64,000 nt of DNA from an uncultured Verrucomicrobiae bacterium (GCA_963702845.1 OY969763.1:1216001-1280000), one strand, 5' to 3'; counted from the first letter of the stretch, positions 48,236 to 59,165 are shown. Notes: generated by a model not told the origin, from the letters alone. Numbers and translations: made by a program.

Positions 48236-49606
48236 TCAATACTGCGGCGTGCCGGGGACGACGTTAGCGCGATGTTTTTCCCCTTCGGCGTTCAGTTCGG
48301 CGATAACGTCGGGATGTTGCGCGGCAATGTCGAATTTTTCGCCGGGATCCTCTTCGACGTTGTAGAGAATCGGCGTTTCGTGTTTCACCGGTTTTTCTTT
48401 GGCGTAACCAGGCCAGGTGATGAAGTGGGCTTTAAATGGACCTTTGCGCACGGCGTAGAGTTCGCTGCCGTTGTAGTAAAACATGACCTTGCGTTGATTT
48501 GGTCCATTGCCGAATAGAAATCCGCTCATGTCAAAGCCATCGTAAGGACGGTCAATCGGCATTTGCGTGCCGGCAAGGTTCATAATCGTGGGAAACAGGT
48601 CGAGACTCGACGCGAGTTCGTGCGTGACGATGCCGGGTTTGATGTGCTTCGGCCACCACGCAATGCCGGGTTCGCGCATGCCACCTTCATAGCTGCTGCC
48701 TTTACCATCACGCAATGGACCAGCGGAGCCGCCCGCGAGATCTTTGATTAACCATGGACCGTTGTCGCTCGTGAAAAAGACGAACGTGTTGTCGACCAGT
48801 TTTTCTTTGCGCAACGTTTCGAGAATCTGGCCCACGCTCCAGTCGAGTTCCTCGACAGCATCACCGTAGATTCCGCGCTGGCTTTTGCCGCTGAATTTCT
48901 CGGAAGCGAACAATGGGACGTGCGGATACGTGTGTGCGAAGTAGAGGAAGAACGGTTTCTTCTTGCTGTCCTTGATGAAGTGAATTGCTTCTTCCGTGTA
49001 ACGTCGGGTGAGTTGATTGAGCTGTGTTGGTTGCTCGATGATTTTATCGTCACGGAAAAGGGTAGGGTTCCACCATTCCTGTTTCGGATGCAAACTGGCC
49101 GTTGCGTTCCTGGGAATGCCTTCATTCGGTTCCATGTCATTGGAGTAACGCAGACCAAACCAATGATCAAAACCGCGGTGACACGGAAGATATTGCGGTT
49201 CATGGCCGAGGTGCCATTTGCCGATGCATTGTGTCGTGTAACCTTGGGGTTTTAGCGCTTGTGCGATCGTGATTTCATTGTCGGGCAGGCCACGTTTGGA
49301 ATCGCGCATGATGACACGCTTTTGCGGCCCACCGGCCATGCCGCTCCGAATCGGTAAACGCCCGGTGATGAGTGCCGCACGACTCGGCGTGCAGACGGTG
49401 GCGGCAACATAGAAATCCGTGAATCGCATTCCTTCGGTAGCCATGCGATCGAGGTTCGGAGTGCGAATGGTTGGATGTCCGTAACAGCTCAAATCGCCGT
49501 AACCAAGATCATCCGCGAGAATGATAATAATGTTCGGTTGCTTGGCTGCGAACGTAACAAAGCCGGTCAACAGAAAGGCAAGCAGGAGGAGTCGTTTCAT
49601 TCGCAA
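48236..49606 (-). CDS. Secreted sulfatase (S1, arylsulfatase A-like)
   Basis: PNIIIILADDLGYGD, CTPSRAALITGR, GKWHLG and SDNGP. Confidence 0.93.
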   Translation of the reverse strand: MRMKRLLLLAFLLTGFVTFAAKQPNIIIILADDLGYGDLSCYGHPTIRTPNLDRMATEGMRFTDFYVAATVCTPSRAALITGRLPIRSGMAGGPQKRVIMRDSKRGLPDNEITIAQALKPQGYTTQCIGKWHLGHEPQYLPCHRGFDHWFGLRYSNDMEPNEGIPRNATASLHPKQEWWNPTLFRDDKIIEQPTQLNQLTRRYTEEAIHFIKDSKKKPFFLYFAHTYPHVPLFASEKFSGKSQRGIYGDAVEELDWSVGQILETLRKEKLVDNTFVFFTSDNGPWLIKDLAGGSAGPLRDGKGSSYEGGMREPGIAWWPKHIKPGIVTHELASSLDLFPTIMNLAGTQMPIDRPYDGFDMSGFLFGNGPNQRKVMFYYNGSELYAVRKGPFKAHFITWPGYAKEKPVKHETPILYNVEEDPGEKFDIAAQHPDVIAELNAEGEKHRANVVPGTPQY

Positions 49607-49690
49607 TAATGGATACAGTCTTCCGCAGAACCGTCCAGCAAATTGCTTTTTGTAACCTGATGTAGCGGTGGGCGGTCTGGATAAACGACC

Positions 49691-51205
49691 ATGATATTTC
49701 GAAATTGGCGTTGCGGGATGCTTGTAGCGGCAGTTCTACTCGCTCAATTCTCTGCACATTGTGCCGAGCAAAAATTGAACGTGCTGTTCATCGCGATCGA
49801 CGACTTGCGGCCGCAACTCGGATGTTACGGCGTAAAAGATATCAAGACGCCGAACCTCGATGCATTTGCCAAAGGCGGTTTGTTGTTTAATCGCGCCTAT
49901 TGCCAACAGGCGGTTTGTTCGCCGTCACGGACATCGCTGCTGACCGGACGGCGACCGGACACCACGAAGATCTACAATTTGGAGGATCATTTTCGCGATA
50001 CGATCCCGGACGTGGTGACCTTGCCGCAGCATTTCAAAAACAACGGATATTTCTGCCAATCGTTCGGCAAGATTTTCCACGACGGATTGGACGATCCCAA
50101 ATCGTGGAGCGCCCCATCAATGGCTGCAACCAGTCATGAAATCGAATTGGAAGATGGCCGTTTCATCACCCGCGACGTGCGGACTGCAACCTATCCGCCA
50201 TACATATTAGCCGCAAACACGTCGGCACAGCAGCAGGCGAAACAGGACCTTACGCAACAGCGAAAGGATGCCAAAGCCAAACTTTCGCCGTGGTCAGCGC
50301 CCGACGTCGGCGACGAAGACCTCAGTGATGGACAAATTGCTGCTCGCGCTATTGAAGTCATGAAAGCGCACAAGGATGGTCCATTTTTCCTCGCCGTCGG
50401 TTTTCGCAAGCCCCATCTGCCCTTTGATGCGCCAAAAAAATATTACGACATGTATCGGCTCGAAGGCATGAAGCTCGCCGCAAATCCATATCCGCCAAAG
50501 GACGTTTTCGAGCCCGCGATGATCAATTGGGGCGAGTTGCGCGGTTACAAAGGGATGCCCAAGGAAGGTCCGCTGACCGAGCGACAGTCGCGCGAACTGA
50601 TTCGCGGTTACTACGCGTCGACCAGTTACATCGACGCCCAAATCGCCCGCGTGCTGGAAGCGTTGGAACGACTGGGCTTGCGCGACAATACCATTGTGAT
50701 TATCTGGGGCGATCATGGTTGGCAATTGGGCGAGCACGGGATGTGGTGCAAGCACACCTGTTTCGAAACATCCACGCACACTCTTCTGATGCTGAGCGTG
50801 CCGCACCAAAAACATCGCGGCGCAAAGAGCGATGCTCTCGTCGAGTTTGTCGACGTTTATCCAACGCTCTGTGACCTTGCCGGACTCAAACAGACTGTTG
50901 GATTGGAAGGCACAAGTTTCGCGCCACTTCTGAATAACCCAAAACGGCCATGGAAAACCGCTGCCTTCAGCCAATATCCGCGCGGATGGTTGATGGGATA
51001 TGCAATGCGGACTGACCGGTATCGCTACGTCGAATGGGTGAGCCGTAAAAATACATCAAGAGTAGAGGGCAGGGAACTATACGATCACAAAACCGATCCC
51101 GACGAAAATGTGAATATCGCCAACCATCCGGAGAATGAGGAACTTATCGTCAAATTGAGTAAGCAGCTAAAAGCCGGTTGGCACTCGGCGCTGCCGAAGC
51201 AATGA
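49691..51205 (+). CDS. Secreted sulfatase (S1, iduronate-2-sulfatase-like)
   Basis: NVLFIAIDDLRP, CSPSRTSLLTGRRPD, GKIFH, KPHLPF and GDHGWQLGEH. Confidence 0.93.
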   Translation: MIFRNWRCGMLVAAVLLAQFSAHCAEQKLNVLFIAIDDLRPQLGCYGVKDIKTPNLDAFAKGGLLFNRAYCQQAVCSPSRTSLLTGRRPDTTKIYNLEDHFRDTIPDVVTLPQHFKNNGYFCQSFGKIFHDGLDDPKSWSAPSMAATSHEIELEDGRFITRDVRTATYPPYILAANTSAQQQAKQDLTQQRKDAKAKLSPWSAPDVGDEDLSDGQIAARAIEVMKAHKDGPFFLAVGFRKPHLPFDAPKKYYDMYRLEGMKLAANPYPPKDVFEPAMINWGELRGYKGMPKEGPLTERQSRELIRGYYASTSYIDAQIARVLEALERLGLRDNTIVIIWGDHGWQLGEHGMWCKHTCFETSTHTLLMLSVPHQKHRGAKSDALVEFVDVYPTLCDLAGLKQTVGLEGTSFAPLLNNPKRPWKTAAFSQYPRGWLMGYAMRTDRYRYVEWVSRKNTSRVEGRELYDHKTDPDENVNIANHPENEELIVKLSKQLKAGWHSALPKQ

Positions 51206-51209
51206 AGCT

Positions 51210-51629
51210 TCAGATATAATACATCTTCCCTTTAGCAGCCGATTGTTCGACGAGCTGCTGAAAGTTGATGGCATCAGCGGCGTCGTTGAGAGATTTCTGC
51301 AATGTTTCCCAGGCCCGACGCAGCTCAGTTGGGCAATCGGCATCACTGAGTGCCGTCGAATCAAAGACCTGCCCATGAATACAGCGCAGCACATCGCCCA
51401 TTGTAATTTCCACCGGTGGACGCGCGAGTAGATACCCGCCTTCCTTGCCGCGAACGCTTTTCACAACGTGCGCCGATTTCAATTCGATCAAAATCTGCAC
51501 GAGATAATTCGACGGAATTCCCTGGTCTGACGCCATTTCCTCAACGCGATGGGCGGCCTTGTCCGTATAATGCTGCGCGAGCCAGAAGACGGCGCGGACG
51601 GCGTAGTCGCTTTTTACGGACAATTTCAC
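51210..51629 (-). CDS. Rrf2-family transcriptional regulator (CymR-like, no IscR Cys triad)
   Basis: MKLSVKSDYAVRA, YLVQIL.ELK and SVRGKEGGYLLAR. Confidence 0.9.
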   Translation of the reverse strand: MKLSVKSDYAVRAVFWLAQHYTDKAAHRVEEMASDQGIPSNYLVQILIELKSAHVVKSVRGKEGGYLLARPPVEITMGDVLRCIHGQVFDSTALSDADCPTELRRAWETLQKSLNDAADAINFQQLVEQSAAKGKMYYI

Positions 51630-51904
51630 GCGCCAATAATTAGGTGTGAAAGTCGCTGGCGCAATCCAGAAACGCGGTTATAGTGCGCGGCTTTTGGTCT
51701 GCAAGCGTCGGAACCGCAAACTTTTTTCAAAAAGTTTTGAACATTTCTCGGCGGATTTGTCCAACTGGTGTTGCGTCTTTAAAGACTCAGTAGGGCTTGT
51801 GTTTAGCCAATGCTGAGGGTAGACAGTCAGATTCTCGAAAATGCCTGAGCTGACGCTCAGTGCCAAAACCGACCCGGCAACTGCGGGTCATCGGAGCAAC
51901 TGAA

Positions 51905-52861
51905 ATGATTAGAGTTGAGAACTTAACGAAACATTTCGGCCCAAAGGTGGCCGTCAACAGCCTTTCGTTCACCGTCGAACGCGGTGAGGTGCTCGGCTTT
52001 CTCGGGCCCAACGGCGCCGGAAAGTCCACCACCATGCGAATGGTTACCGGCTTCATCCCTCCGACCGGTGGCAAAGTCACCGTCGGCGGCTTTGACATGG
52101 TCGAGAATCCAATTCCGGCCAAGCGCCTGATCGGCTATCTGCCGGAAAATGCGCCGTGCTACGCCGACATGACCGTCGAAGGCTTCCTCGGTTTTGCCGC
52201 CGAACTTCGCGGTTTCCGCAAAGACGCAAAAGTTAAAGCGGTCAATCGCGCGATCGAAATGTGCTTCCTCGAGAACGTGCGCTATCAAAGCGTCGAAACG
52301 CTCTCCAAAGGTTATCGCCACCGCACCTGTTTCGCTCAATCGATCATTCACGATCCCGAAGTTCTCATTCTCGACGAACCGACGGACGGCCTCGACCCCA
52401 ATCAAAAGCATGAAGTGCGCAGTTTGATCCGTCGCATGGGCGAGAAGAAAGCCATCATTTTCTCAACGCACATTTTGGAAGAAGTGGATGCGGTTTGTTC
52501 GCGCGCGATTATCATCGATCGCGGCCAGATCGTCGCCAACGGCACGCCTTCAGAACTTCGGCAGAAGTCCGAATACTCGGGCGCGGTGTTGGTCGTGGCA
52601 AGTGGCGTCAGCGGTGGTCAACTGGCCGATCGTCTGGCACAAGTCCCGAATGCGCGGCGCGCTGCGATCGTCAAGGAAGACCACGGCAAAACGTGGGTCC
52701 GCGTTTATCCAAAATCTGATACCCGTAATGGCGACCTGGCCCGCAATATCATGGCCGCTGCTAATTGCTGGCAAGTTGAAGAGCTTCACACCGAAGAAGG
52801 CCGGTTGGACGAAGTTTTCCGTAGCATCACCCTGCCTGACACCTCGGAGGCAAAGAAATGA
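51905..52861 (+). CDS. ABC ATP-binding protein, GldA-like
   Basis: GPNGAGKST, LSKGYRHR and LDEPTDGLDPNQ. Confidence 0.92.
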   Translation: MIRVENLTKHFGPKVAVNSLSFTVERGEVLGFLGPNGAGKSTTMRMVTGFIPPTGGKVTVGGFDMVENPIPAKRLIGYLPENAPCYADMTVEGFLGFAAELRGFRKDAKVKAVNRAIEMCFLENVRYQSVETLSKGYRHRTCFAQSIIHDPEVLILDEPTDGLDPNQKHEVRSLIRRMGEKKAIIFSTHILEEVDAVCSRAIIIDRGQIVANGTPSELRQKSEYSGAVLVVASGVSGGQLADRLAQVPNARRAAIVKEDHGKTWVRVYPKSDTRNGDLARNIMAAANCWQVEELHTEEGRLDEVFRSITLPDTSEAKK

Positions 52862-53604
52862 ATTCCTGCGCGAACATCCGCACCATAACTAAACGCGAAC
52901 TTGCGGCATATTTTACGTCGCCGCTCGCCTACGTCGTCATCGTTATCTTCCTGCTGTTGATGGGGTTTTTCACCTTCATGGCGGGCGGATTTTTTGAAGC
53001 CGGCCAGGCCACTTTGGATTCATTCTTCCGTTGGCATCCGTGGCTGTATCTCGTTTTGGTGCCTGCAATCGGCATGCGACTTTGGGCGGAAGAACGTCGC
53101 GTTGGCACGTTGGAATTATTGCTCACGATGCCAATTACTCCGTGGCAAGCGATCGTCGGAAAGTTCCTCGCGTCGTGGATATTTCTCGCAATCGTGCTGT
53201 TGCTGACGTTGCCGATTGTCATCACCGTCAATTGGCTCGGTGCGCCGGATAATGGCGTCATAATTGCGGCATATGTCGGCAGCTTTTTGATGGCTGGCGC
53301 ATATCTGGCGATCAGTTGTCTGACCTCTGCGCATCACGCGCAATCAGGTCATCAGCTTTATTATTGCTGTCGTCGCGTGCTTGTTGTTGGTGCTTGTGCG
53401 GATTCCCGCCAGTGACCGCGATTCTTTAGCCGCATGGATAGCCATTGGCTAATGGACACCGTCGCCGGTTTCAGTTCCTTGACCCACTTCGAAGGATTCA
53501 TGAAGGGCATCCTCGATTCGCGCGACGTAATCTACTTCTGCTCGATCATCGTCTTCGCGTTGTTCAGCACGGGAGTGATTATTCGCGGTCAACGCGCCGG
53601 ATAA
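52858..53604 (+). pseudogene. ABC-2 permease, GldF-like, with several frameshifts in 53330-53480
   Basis: KRELAAYFTSPLAY, MRLWAEERRVGTLELLLT and GKFLA. The C-terminal TRNQVISFII and HFEGFMKGILDSRDVIYF segments lie in other frames; stop at 53602-53604. Confidence 0.8.
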
Positions 53605-53607
53605 AAG

Positions 53608-53634
53608 GTAGGGCGCGTCGCTCCGCGCGCGCCG
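53608..53634 (+). repeat. GTAG-type REP
   Basis: GTAGGGCGCGTCGCTCCGCGCGCGCCG hairpin. Confidence 0.65.
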
Positions 53635-53641
53635 TAAAATA

Positions 53642-53667
53642 AAATTTGAAATCTGAAATCTGAAATT
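53642..53667 (+). repeat. 7-bp tandem repeat (AAATCTG)n
   Basis: AAATTTG AAATCTG AAATCTG AAATT. Confidence 0.8.
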
Positions 53668-53675
53668 TTCATCCA

Positions 53676-55579
53676 ATGAAACAAAAGAATTTCGAGACAG
53701 TTCTGTATTCAACAGCCGGCGTGCTCGCGATGTTCGTCGTGCTGCTGGCCTTCTACGTCATCACTGGCGCTGTTAAAGACGCGCGTCGATTTGACCGCTG
53801 ACAAGGTCTACACCTTATCGCCCGGCACGAAGAAAATCCTGAGCAGACTGGATACGCCGGTAACGATTCGCTTCTATTCAACGCAGAGCGACAACAACCC
53901 GCAGCTCGTCCCGCTAAAGGCCTATGGCCAACGCATCGACGATTTACTCAGCGAATACAAGCAAGCGTCACACGGCAAAATCAAAGTCGAGAAATACGAT
54001 CCCACGCCGGATTCCGACGCTGAAGACCAGGCGCATTTGAACGGCATCGACGGTCAACCGACCTCACCGATGGGCGGCGATAAATTCTACATGGGCATCG
54101 CTGTCAGCATGCTTGATGAAAAGGTCGCGATTCCGTGGCTCTCACCTGACCGCGAAAAATTGCTCGAATACGACATCACTCGCGCCGTCGCACGCGTGAT
54201 CAATCCGAAGCCCGCCACGGTTGGCGTCATGAGCGCACTGCCTGTGTTTGGCAATCAAATGCCGCCGCAATTGGCACAGCGCATGGGCCGCCAGAATCAG
54301 GACCCGTATATTTTCCTCAGCGAATTGAAAAAGGACTTCACAGTTAAAGAAGTTCCGATGACCACCGAGAAAATTGATGAAGACATCAATGTTCTCGTCG
54401 TAGTGCATCCGCGCGACATCAGCGAAACGGCACAATACGCAATCGACCAGTTCGTTCTGCGCGGCGGCCATTTGCTCGCGTTCCTTGATCCACACGCCTA
54501 CTTCGACCAAAAGCAGGATCAGATGTCGCAAGTAATCGGCGAAAGCTCTGGCCAATCGAGCATGGACAAATTGCTGCGGGGTCATGGGGACTCGAAATGG
54601 ACATAAACAAAGTCGCCGCCGACATGACCTATTGGCAATACGCGCGGTCAAGTCGATGCCGACAGTGTTGATGCTGCCGAAGAACGGGCATTAACCAAGA
54701 TGATACCGCGACCAGCCAGGCCGATTCACTAGTCATGGCATTCCCAGGCGCCTTCACCGGCAAACCGGCTCGATGGCTTGAAAGAAACTGTATTGCTGCA
54801 CACCTCGCCACGTTCCCAACTCGTTGATGGCGTCATGTCCAGCATCGGCGGCGACCAACATCATGAAAGATTTCAAGGAATCGAACATCAACTATGCGTT
54901 GGCCGTTCGATTGACCGGCAAATTCAAGACAGCCTTCCCTGGCGGCAAGCCGAAGAAAGCCGACGACAAGGACGATAAAGATAAGCCGGCCGACACAGAC
55001 AAGGGCCTTAAAGAAGCGACCAAAGAAGGCGCGGTCATTCTCGTCGCCGACTCAGACATGTTGAACGACCAAGTGTGCGCGCAAGTGCAGGACATCATGG
55101 GTTACAAGCTGGTCCAGCCGAAGAACGGCAACCTCGCCCTCGTGCAAAGTTTCGTGGAAAACCTCAGCTGGCGACAGCGACCTGATTTCCATGCGCAGTC
55201 GCGCCAGCGTGACGCGTCCGTTCACAAAGCTCCAGGACATGGAAGCTCAAGCCAATCAGAAATGGCAGGCGAAGCTGAAAGAGATGGAGGAAAAGAAACA
55301 GGAAACCGAACGCAAGATCAGCGAACTGCAACAGAAGAAGGAAGGCGCGCAGCAGAAATTTATTCTCTCGCCTGAGCAACAGAAGGAATTGGAAAACTTC
55401 CGCAAAGCGAATGTGGAAATCAACACGCAATTGAAACAGCTCCGTAAAGATCTGCGCCGCGACACCGACACCCTGCAGTTCCGCACCAAGATGGCGAACA
55501 TCTTCGCCATGCCGGTGGTCGTCGCATCGCTGGTGTAGCCCTCGCCTTAGTGAAACGCAAAAAAACAGCCGCGAAGTAA
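53676..55579 (+). pseudogene. GldG-like ABC auxiliary protein, multiply frameshifted
   Basis: MKQKNFETVLYSTAG..., then DLTADKVYTLS.GT, LEYDITR, YAIDQFVLRGG, LVADSDML and a coiled coil, spread across fragments 53791-54606, 54824-55375 and 55191-55538. Confidence 0.8.
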
Positions 55580-55580
55580 C

Positions 55581-55625
55581 CAATTCGAAATCTGGTTTGA
55601 AATTTGAAATCTGAAATCTGAGATC
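55581..55625 (+). repeat. 7-bp tandem repeat (AAATCTG)n
   Basis: CAATTCG AAATCTG gtttg AAATTTG AAATCTG AAATCTG AGATC. Confidence 0.8.
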
Positions 55626-55633
55626 ACACTCCC

Positions 55634-56848
55634 ATGAATCGTAAACAACTCAGCATTCTTGTGGTTCTCGCTGTCATCATTGGCGGCGCAGGTATCTGGG
55701 CATTAAAAAGCCGCGACCAATCGTGGACCGAATCCTCGACCGCAATTGGCCAAAAACTAATGCCGGAATCTGCCGGTGAATGACGTCACCCAAATCCACA
55801 TCAAAGGTTCCAGCGAATTGAACCTCGTCAAAAAAGACGATAGCTGGCGCGTTGCGGAACGTGGCGATTATCCCGCTAACTATTCAGAAATCAGCGATTT
55901 CATTTTGAAATCGGCTGACCTGAAAGTTGTGCAAGCCGAACCAATCGGCGCTTCACAGTTGGCTCGCATGGAACTTGAAGAGCCCGGCAAAAGCGGTGGC
56001 AACAGCGCAACCTTGCTCGAATTCAAAGGCGCAGGGGGCAAGTCGCTCCAATCTGTGCTCGTCGGCAAAAAACATGCGCGCAAATCCGACCGCCCATCGC
56101 CCTACGGCATGGCTGATATGGCCGATGGCCGTTACGTCATGCGCGCAAACGACACGAAGAATGTGCTGTTGATTTCCGATCCCTTGACCAGCGTCGAGCC
56201 CAATGCCGACCATTGGTTGAACAAGGACTTCTTCAAGGTCGAGAAGGTCAAGAGCATCGCCTACAATTCAACCAACGCGCAAGCTCATGGAAAGTGACTC
56301 GCGACACCGAAGCTGGTGCGTGGAAATTGGTGGATGCCAAAGTCGGTGAAGTGCTCGACACCAACAAAGTGTCTTCGCTCGGCAGCACGCTCGGTGCTCC
56401 TGGCTTTGTCGATGTGTCGACGAATTCCGCGACCGATGCTGGTCTCGATAAGCCCGTCACGCTCGCGCTGGAGACATTCGACAACTTCACTTACACCATC
56501 AAGCTCGGCAAAGTGACGCCCGAGAATAATTACTACACGCAAGTTTCAGTCACCGCCAATCTCCCGAAAGAACGCACGCCGGGTAAGGACGAGAAGCCTG
56601 AAGACAAGGCGAAGCTCGACAAGGAATTCGCGGACAAAAATAAACCGCTCCAGGAAAAACTGGCGAACGAGCAGAAGCTCGACAAATGGACTTACGTCGT
56701 TGCGTCGTACACAGTCGATCCGCTCGTGCGCAATCGCGCCGATCTTCTCGAAGTGAAAAAGGAAGAGAACAAGGCGACCGCAACGACGAACAAAACCGTC
56801 ACCGTCACATCGCCTGTCGTTAAGCCGACCAAAACCGCCGCGAAGTAA
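55634..56848 (+). pseudogene. DUF4340-like membrane-anchored protein, frameshifted at ~55770 and ~56285
   Basis: MNRKQLSILVVLAVIIGG TM anchor joins fragments 55776..56297 and 56213..56848; typical last gene of Gld-like ABC operons. Confidence 0.75.
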
Positions 56849-56849
56849 G

Positions 56850-56928
56850 CAGAGCCGCGCAGGTCAGCAAGCGGTTTGAAGGATTACATTACGATGCGTA
56901 AAGCCGCTTGCTCAAACCCGTGTCTCTG
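56850..56928. repeat. REP-like inverted pair (AGAGCCGCGC family)
   Basis: CAGAGCCGCGCAGGTCAGCAAGCGG ... CCGCTTGCTCAAACCCGTGTCTCTG. Confidence 0.65.
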
Positions 56929-56942
56929 ATATTGTGTCAACC

Positions 56943-57994
56943 ATGACATCAACAATGGTTGACGCAAAACCAGTCATGTCCAACCACGAGCGCATCGCCG
57001 CTCTCACTCGCGCTGCCCTGAACGGTGAGCGGATTTCCCGTGAAGAAGCCAGTGGTGTTTCGAGCTTACGAACACCGCCGACATTTTCGATTTGATGGCC
57101 GGCGCCAATCGCATCCGCGAGCACTATAAGGGTAACAAGATCCACCTTTGCTCAATCGTGAACGCGAAAGCCGGTTCGTGCTCCGAGAATTGCAGCTTTT
57201 GCGCCCAATCATCGTTTCACCAAACCGGTTCACCGAAGTATGGCTTCGTGGATCCCGAACCCGTTTTGGAAGCGGCTGACGAAGCGAATCGCAACTCTGT
57301 CACTGCCGTCGGCCTCGTCGCTGCATGGCGGGGACTTAAAGAAGGCCCGATGCTCGATGAAGTTTGCGATCGCATCCGTGACCTTGCAAAAAGCGGCAAG
57401 ACCCGTCCCGACGCATCACTTGGTTTGATCAAAAGCCAAAACGTCGCCGATCGGCTCAAAGAAGCCGGCCTCGAATGTTACGGCCACAATCTCGAAAGCT
57501 CGCGCCGATTTTTTCCGACCCATTGCACCACGCACAGTTTCGAGGACCGTTTGGAAACAATCGGTTACCTGAAGAAAGCCGGCATCAAAATTTGCTCTGG
57601 CGGAATTATCGGTATGGGCGAGACACGCGAAGATCGTCTCGAACTCGCGATGTCGTTGCGCGAAATCGGCGCGAACGTTGTCCCGATCAACATTCTCAAT
57701 CCCATCAAAGGCACGCCGCTCGAAAACGTCCCGCCGGTTCCTCCAATGGAAATTCTTAAAACGATCGCCTGCTTCCGTTTCATTTTGCCGAAACAGGAAA
57801 TCATGGTTGCCGGTGGTCGCACCGTGAACCTGCGCGATATGCAAAGCATGGTCTTCACCGCTGGCGCGAGCGCGTTGATGGTCGGCAACTATCTGACCAC
57901 GCTTAATCAGTCCGTCGAAAAAGACCTGCAGATGCTCAAAGACCTGGGTCTCGATCCCGATTGGGAAAATCACGACTTCGTCGACCAACAATAA
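56943..57994 (+). CDS. bioB: Biotin synthase (radical SAM), with an apparent frameshift near 57055
   Basis: CSENCSFCAQS, HNLESS, CSGGIIGMGE, VPINILNPIKGTP, AGGR and GNYLTT. The N-terminal ISREEA / FELTNTADIFDL segments are split across frames. Confidence 0.92.
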
Positions 57995-57998
57995 TCGG

Positions 57999-58023
57999 GT
58001 GGGGACGACTTCCACGTCGTCCC
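57999..58023 (+). repeat. REP-like hairpin/terminator after bioB
   Basis: GTG-GGGACGAC-TTCCAC-GTCGTCCC. Confidence 0.5.
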
Positions 58024-58104
58024 AAACTTTCTGCAGTCTTACGACATCCTTAGTGCGCATAGAGCACATCTTGCGCACCCCGCGCTGGGAGGTAAGATTT
58101 CAAT

Positions 58105-58887
58105 GTGCAGCGGCTCGGCAAAAACATCGGACGTTATCTTGGTGAATCGATAGACATCGACGGCGTCCTCCAGCAAATCGATCGGGCGATTGCCGACAAA
58201 GGTTGGCACAACGACCGCATTCGTCTGCAAACCACTTCCGGCTCGCGCACGTTGGAGTTCATTGCATATCGACTCGGTGTTACAAATCCGCGGAATCGCA
58301 TCTATATATCCACCGGCATTCACGGTGATGAACCTGCTGGCCCGCTCACAGTCCTGCAATTGCTGCGCGAAAACAATTGGCCGAAGGACGCCGCCATCTG
58401 GTTGTGCCCGTGTTTGAACCTCACCGGTTTTCCGAACAATCGCCGTGAAAACTACGCGGGCGTTGATCTCAATCGCGATTATCGCCAGCCGCAAACGGAG
58501 GAAATCCGCACCCACGTGAGTTGGTTGGGCGAACAGCCGACTTTCGACATCACCCTGTGCTTGCACGAAGATTGGGAATCGCAGGGATTTTATTTGTTCG
58601 AACAGAATCCCGATCATAAAGGTTCCTTCGGCGAGAAAATCATCGCAGCCGTCGAAGAAGTTTGCCCGATTGATCGCTCCGAAAACATCGAAGGCTGGCC
58701 TGCCAAGGGAGGAATCATTAGTCCCGGCGTCAACCCCGACGAACGCCCGCAATGGCCCGAATCGATTTACCTCATCAAAAACAAGACGCGACTGGCCTAC
58801 ACTTTGGAAGCGCCATCGGATTTTCCGCTCAACGTGCGCGTGGCTTCTCTAGTCGCCGCGGTCCGCTGCGTTCTTAAAACAATTTGA
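58105..58887 (+). CDS. M14-family metallocarboxypeptidase (succinylglutamate desuccinylase-like)
   Basis: GIHGDEPAG, RREN..GVDLNRDY, LHED and TLEAP. Confidence 0.85.
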   Translation: MQRLGKNIGRYLGESIDIDGVLQQIDRAIADKGWHNDRIRLQTTSGSRTLEFIAYRLGVTNPRNRIYISTGIHGDEPAGPLTVLQLLRENNWPKDAAIWLCPCLNLTGFPNNRRENYAGVDLNRDYRQPQTEEIRTHVSWLGEQPTFDITLCLHEDWESQGFYLFEQNPDHKGSFGEKIIAAVEEVCPIDRSENIEGWPAKGGIISPGVNPDERPQWPESIYLIKNKTRLAYTLEAPSDFPLNVRVASLVAAVRCVLKTI

Positions 58888-59165
58888 ACGATGACGAACC
58901 AATTCAGCTACCGATCGATGGCGTGCTCGATTTGCACACGTTCCGCCCGAAGGAAATTGGCGACCTCGTTCCAGATTATCTCGCCGAGTGTCAGCAAGCC
59001 GGAATCCTCGAAGTCCGCATCATTCACGGAAAAGGCATCGGCAATCTGCAACGTTCAGTGCATGCCATCCTGTCGCGCCATCCGACCGTAGAACGATTCG
59101 CCACCGCAAGCGTCACCTACGGCGGCACCGGCGCAACGATTGTGGCGTTGCGTTCCAAATCGTAA
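58884..59165 (+). CDS. Stand-alone Smr domain protein
   Basis: LDLHTF, IIHGKGIG.L and GGTGAT. Confidence 0.88.
   Translation: MNDDEPIQLPIDGVLDLHTFRPKEIGDLVPDYLAECQQAGILEVRIIHGKGIGNLQRSVHAILSRHPTVERFATASVTYGGTGATIVALRSKS

Noticed and set aside
51905..56848. Evidence of gliding motility from the GldA/F/G-like operon
   Set aside because: This ABC module is widespread in non-gliding bacteria, and no gldK-N/spr genes are in the window.
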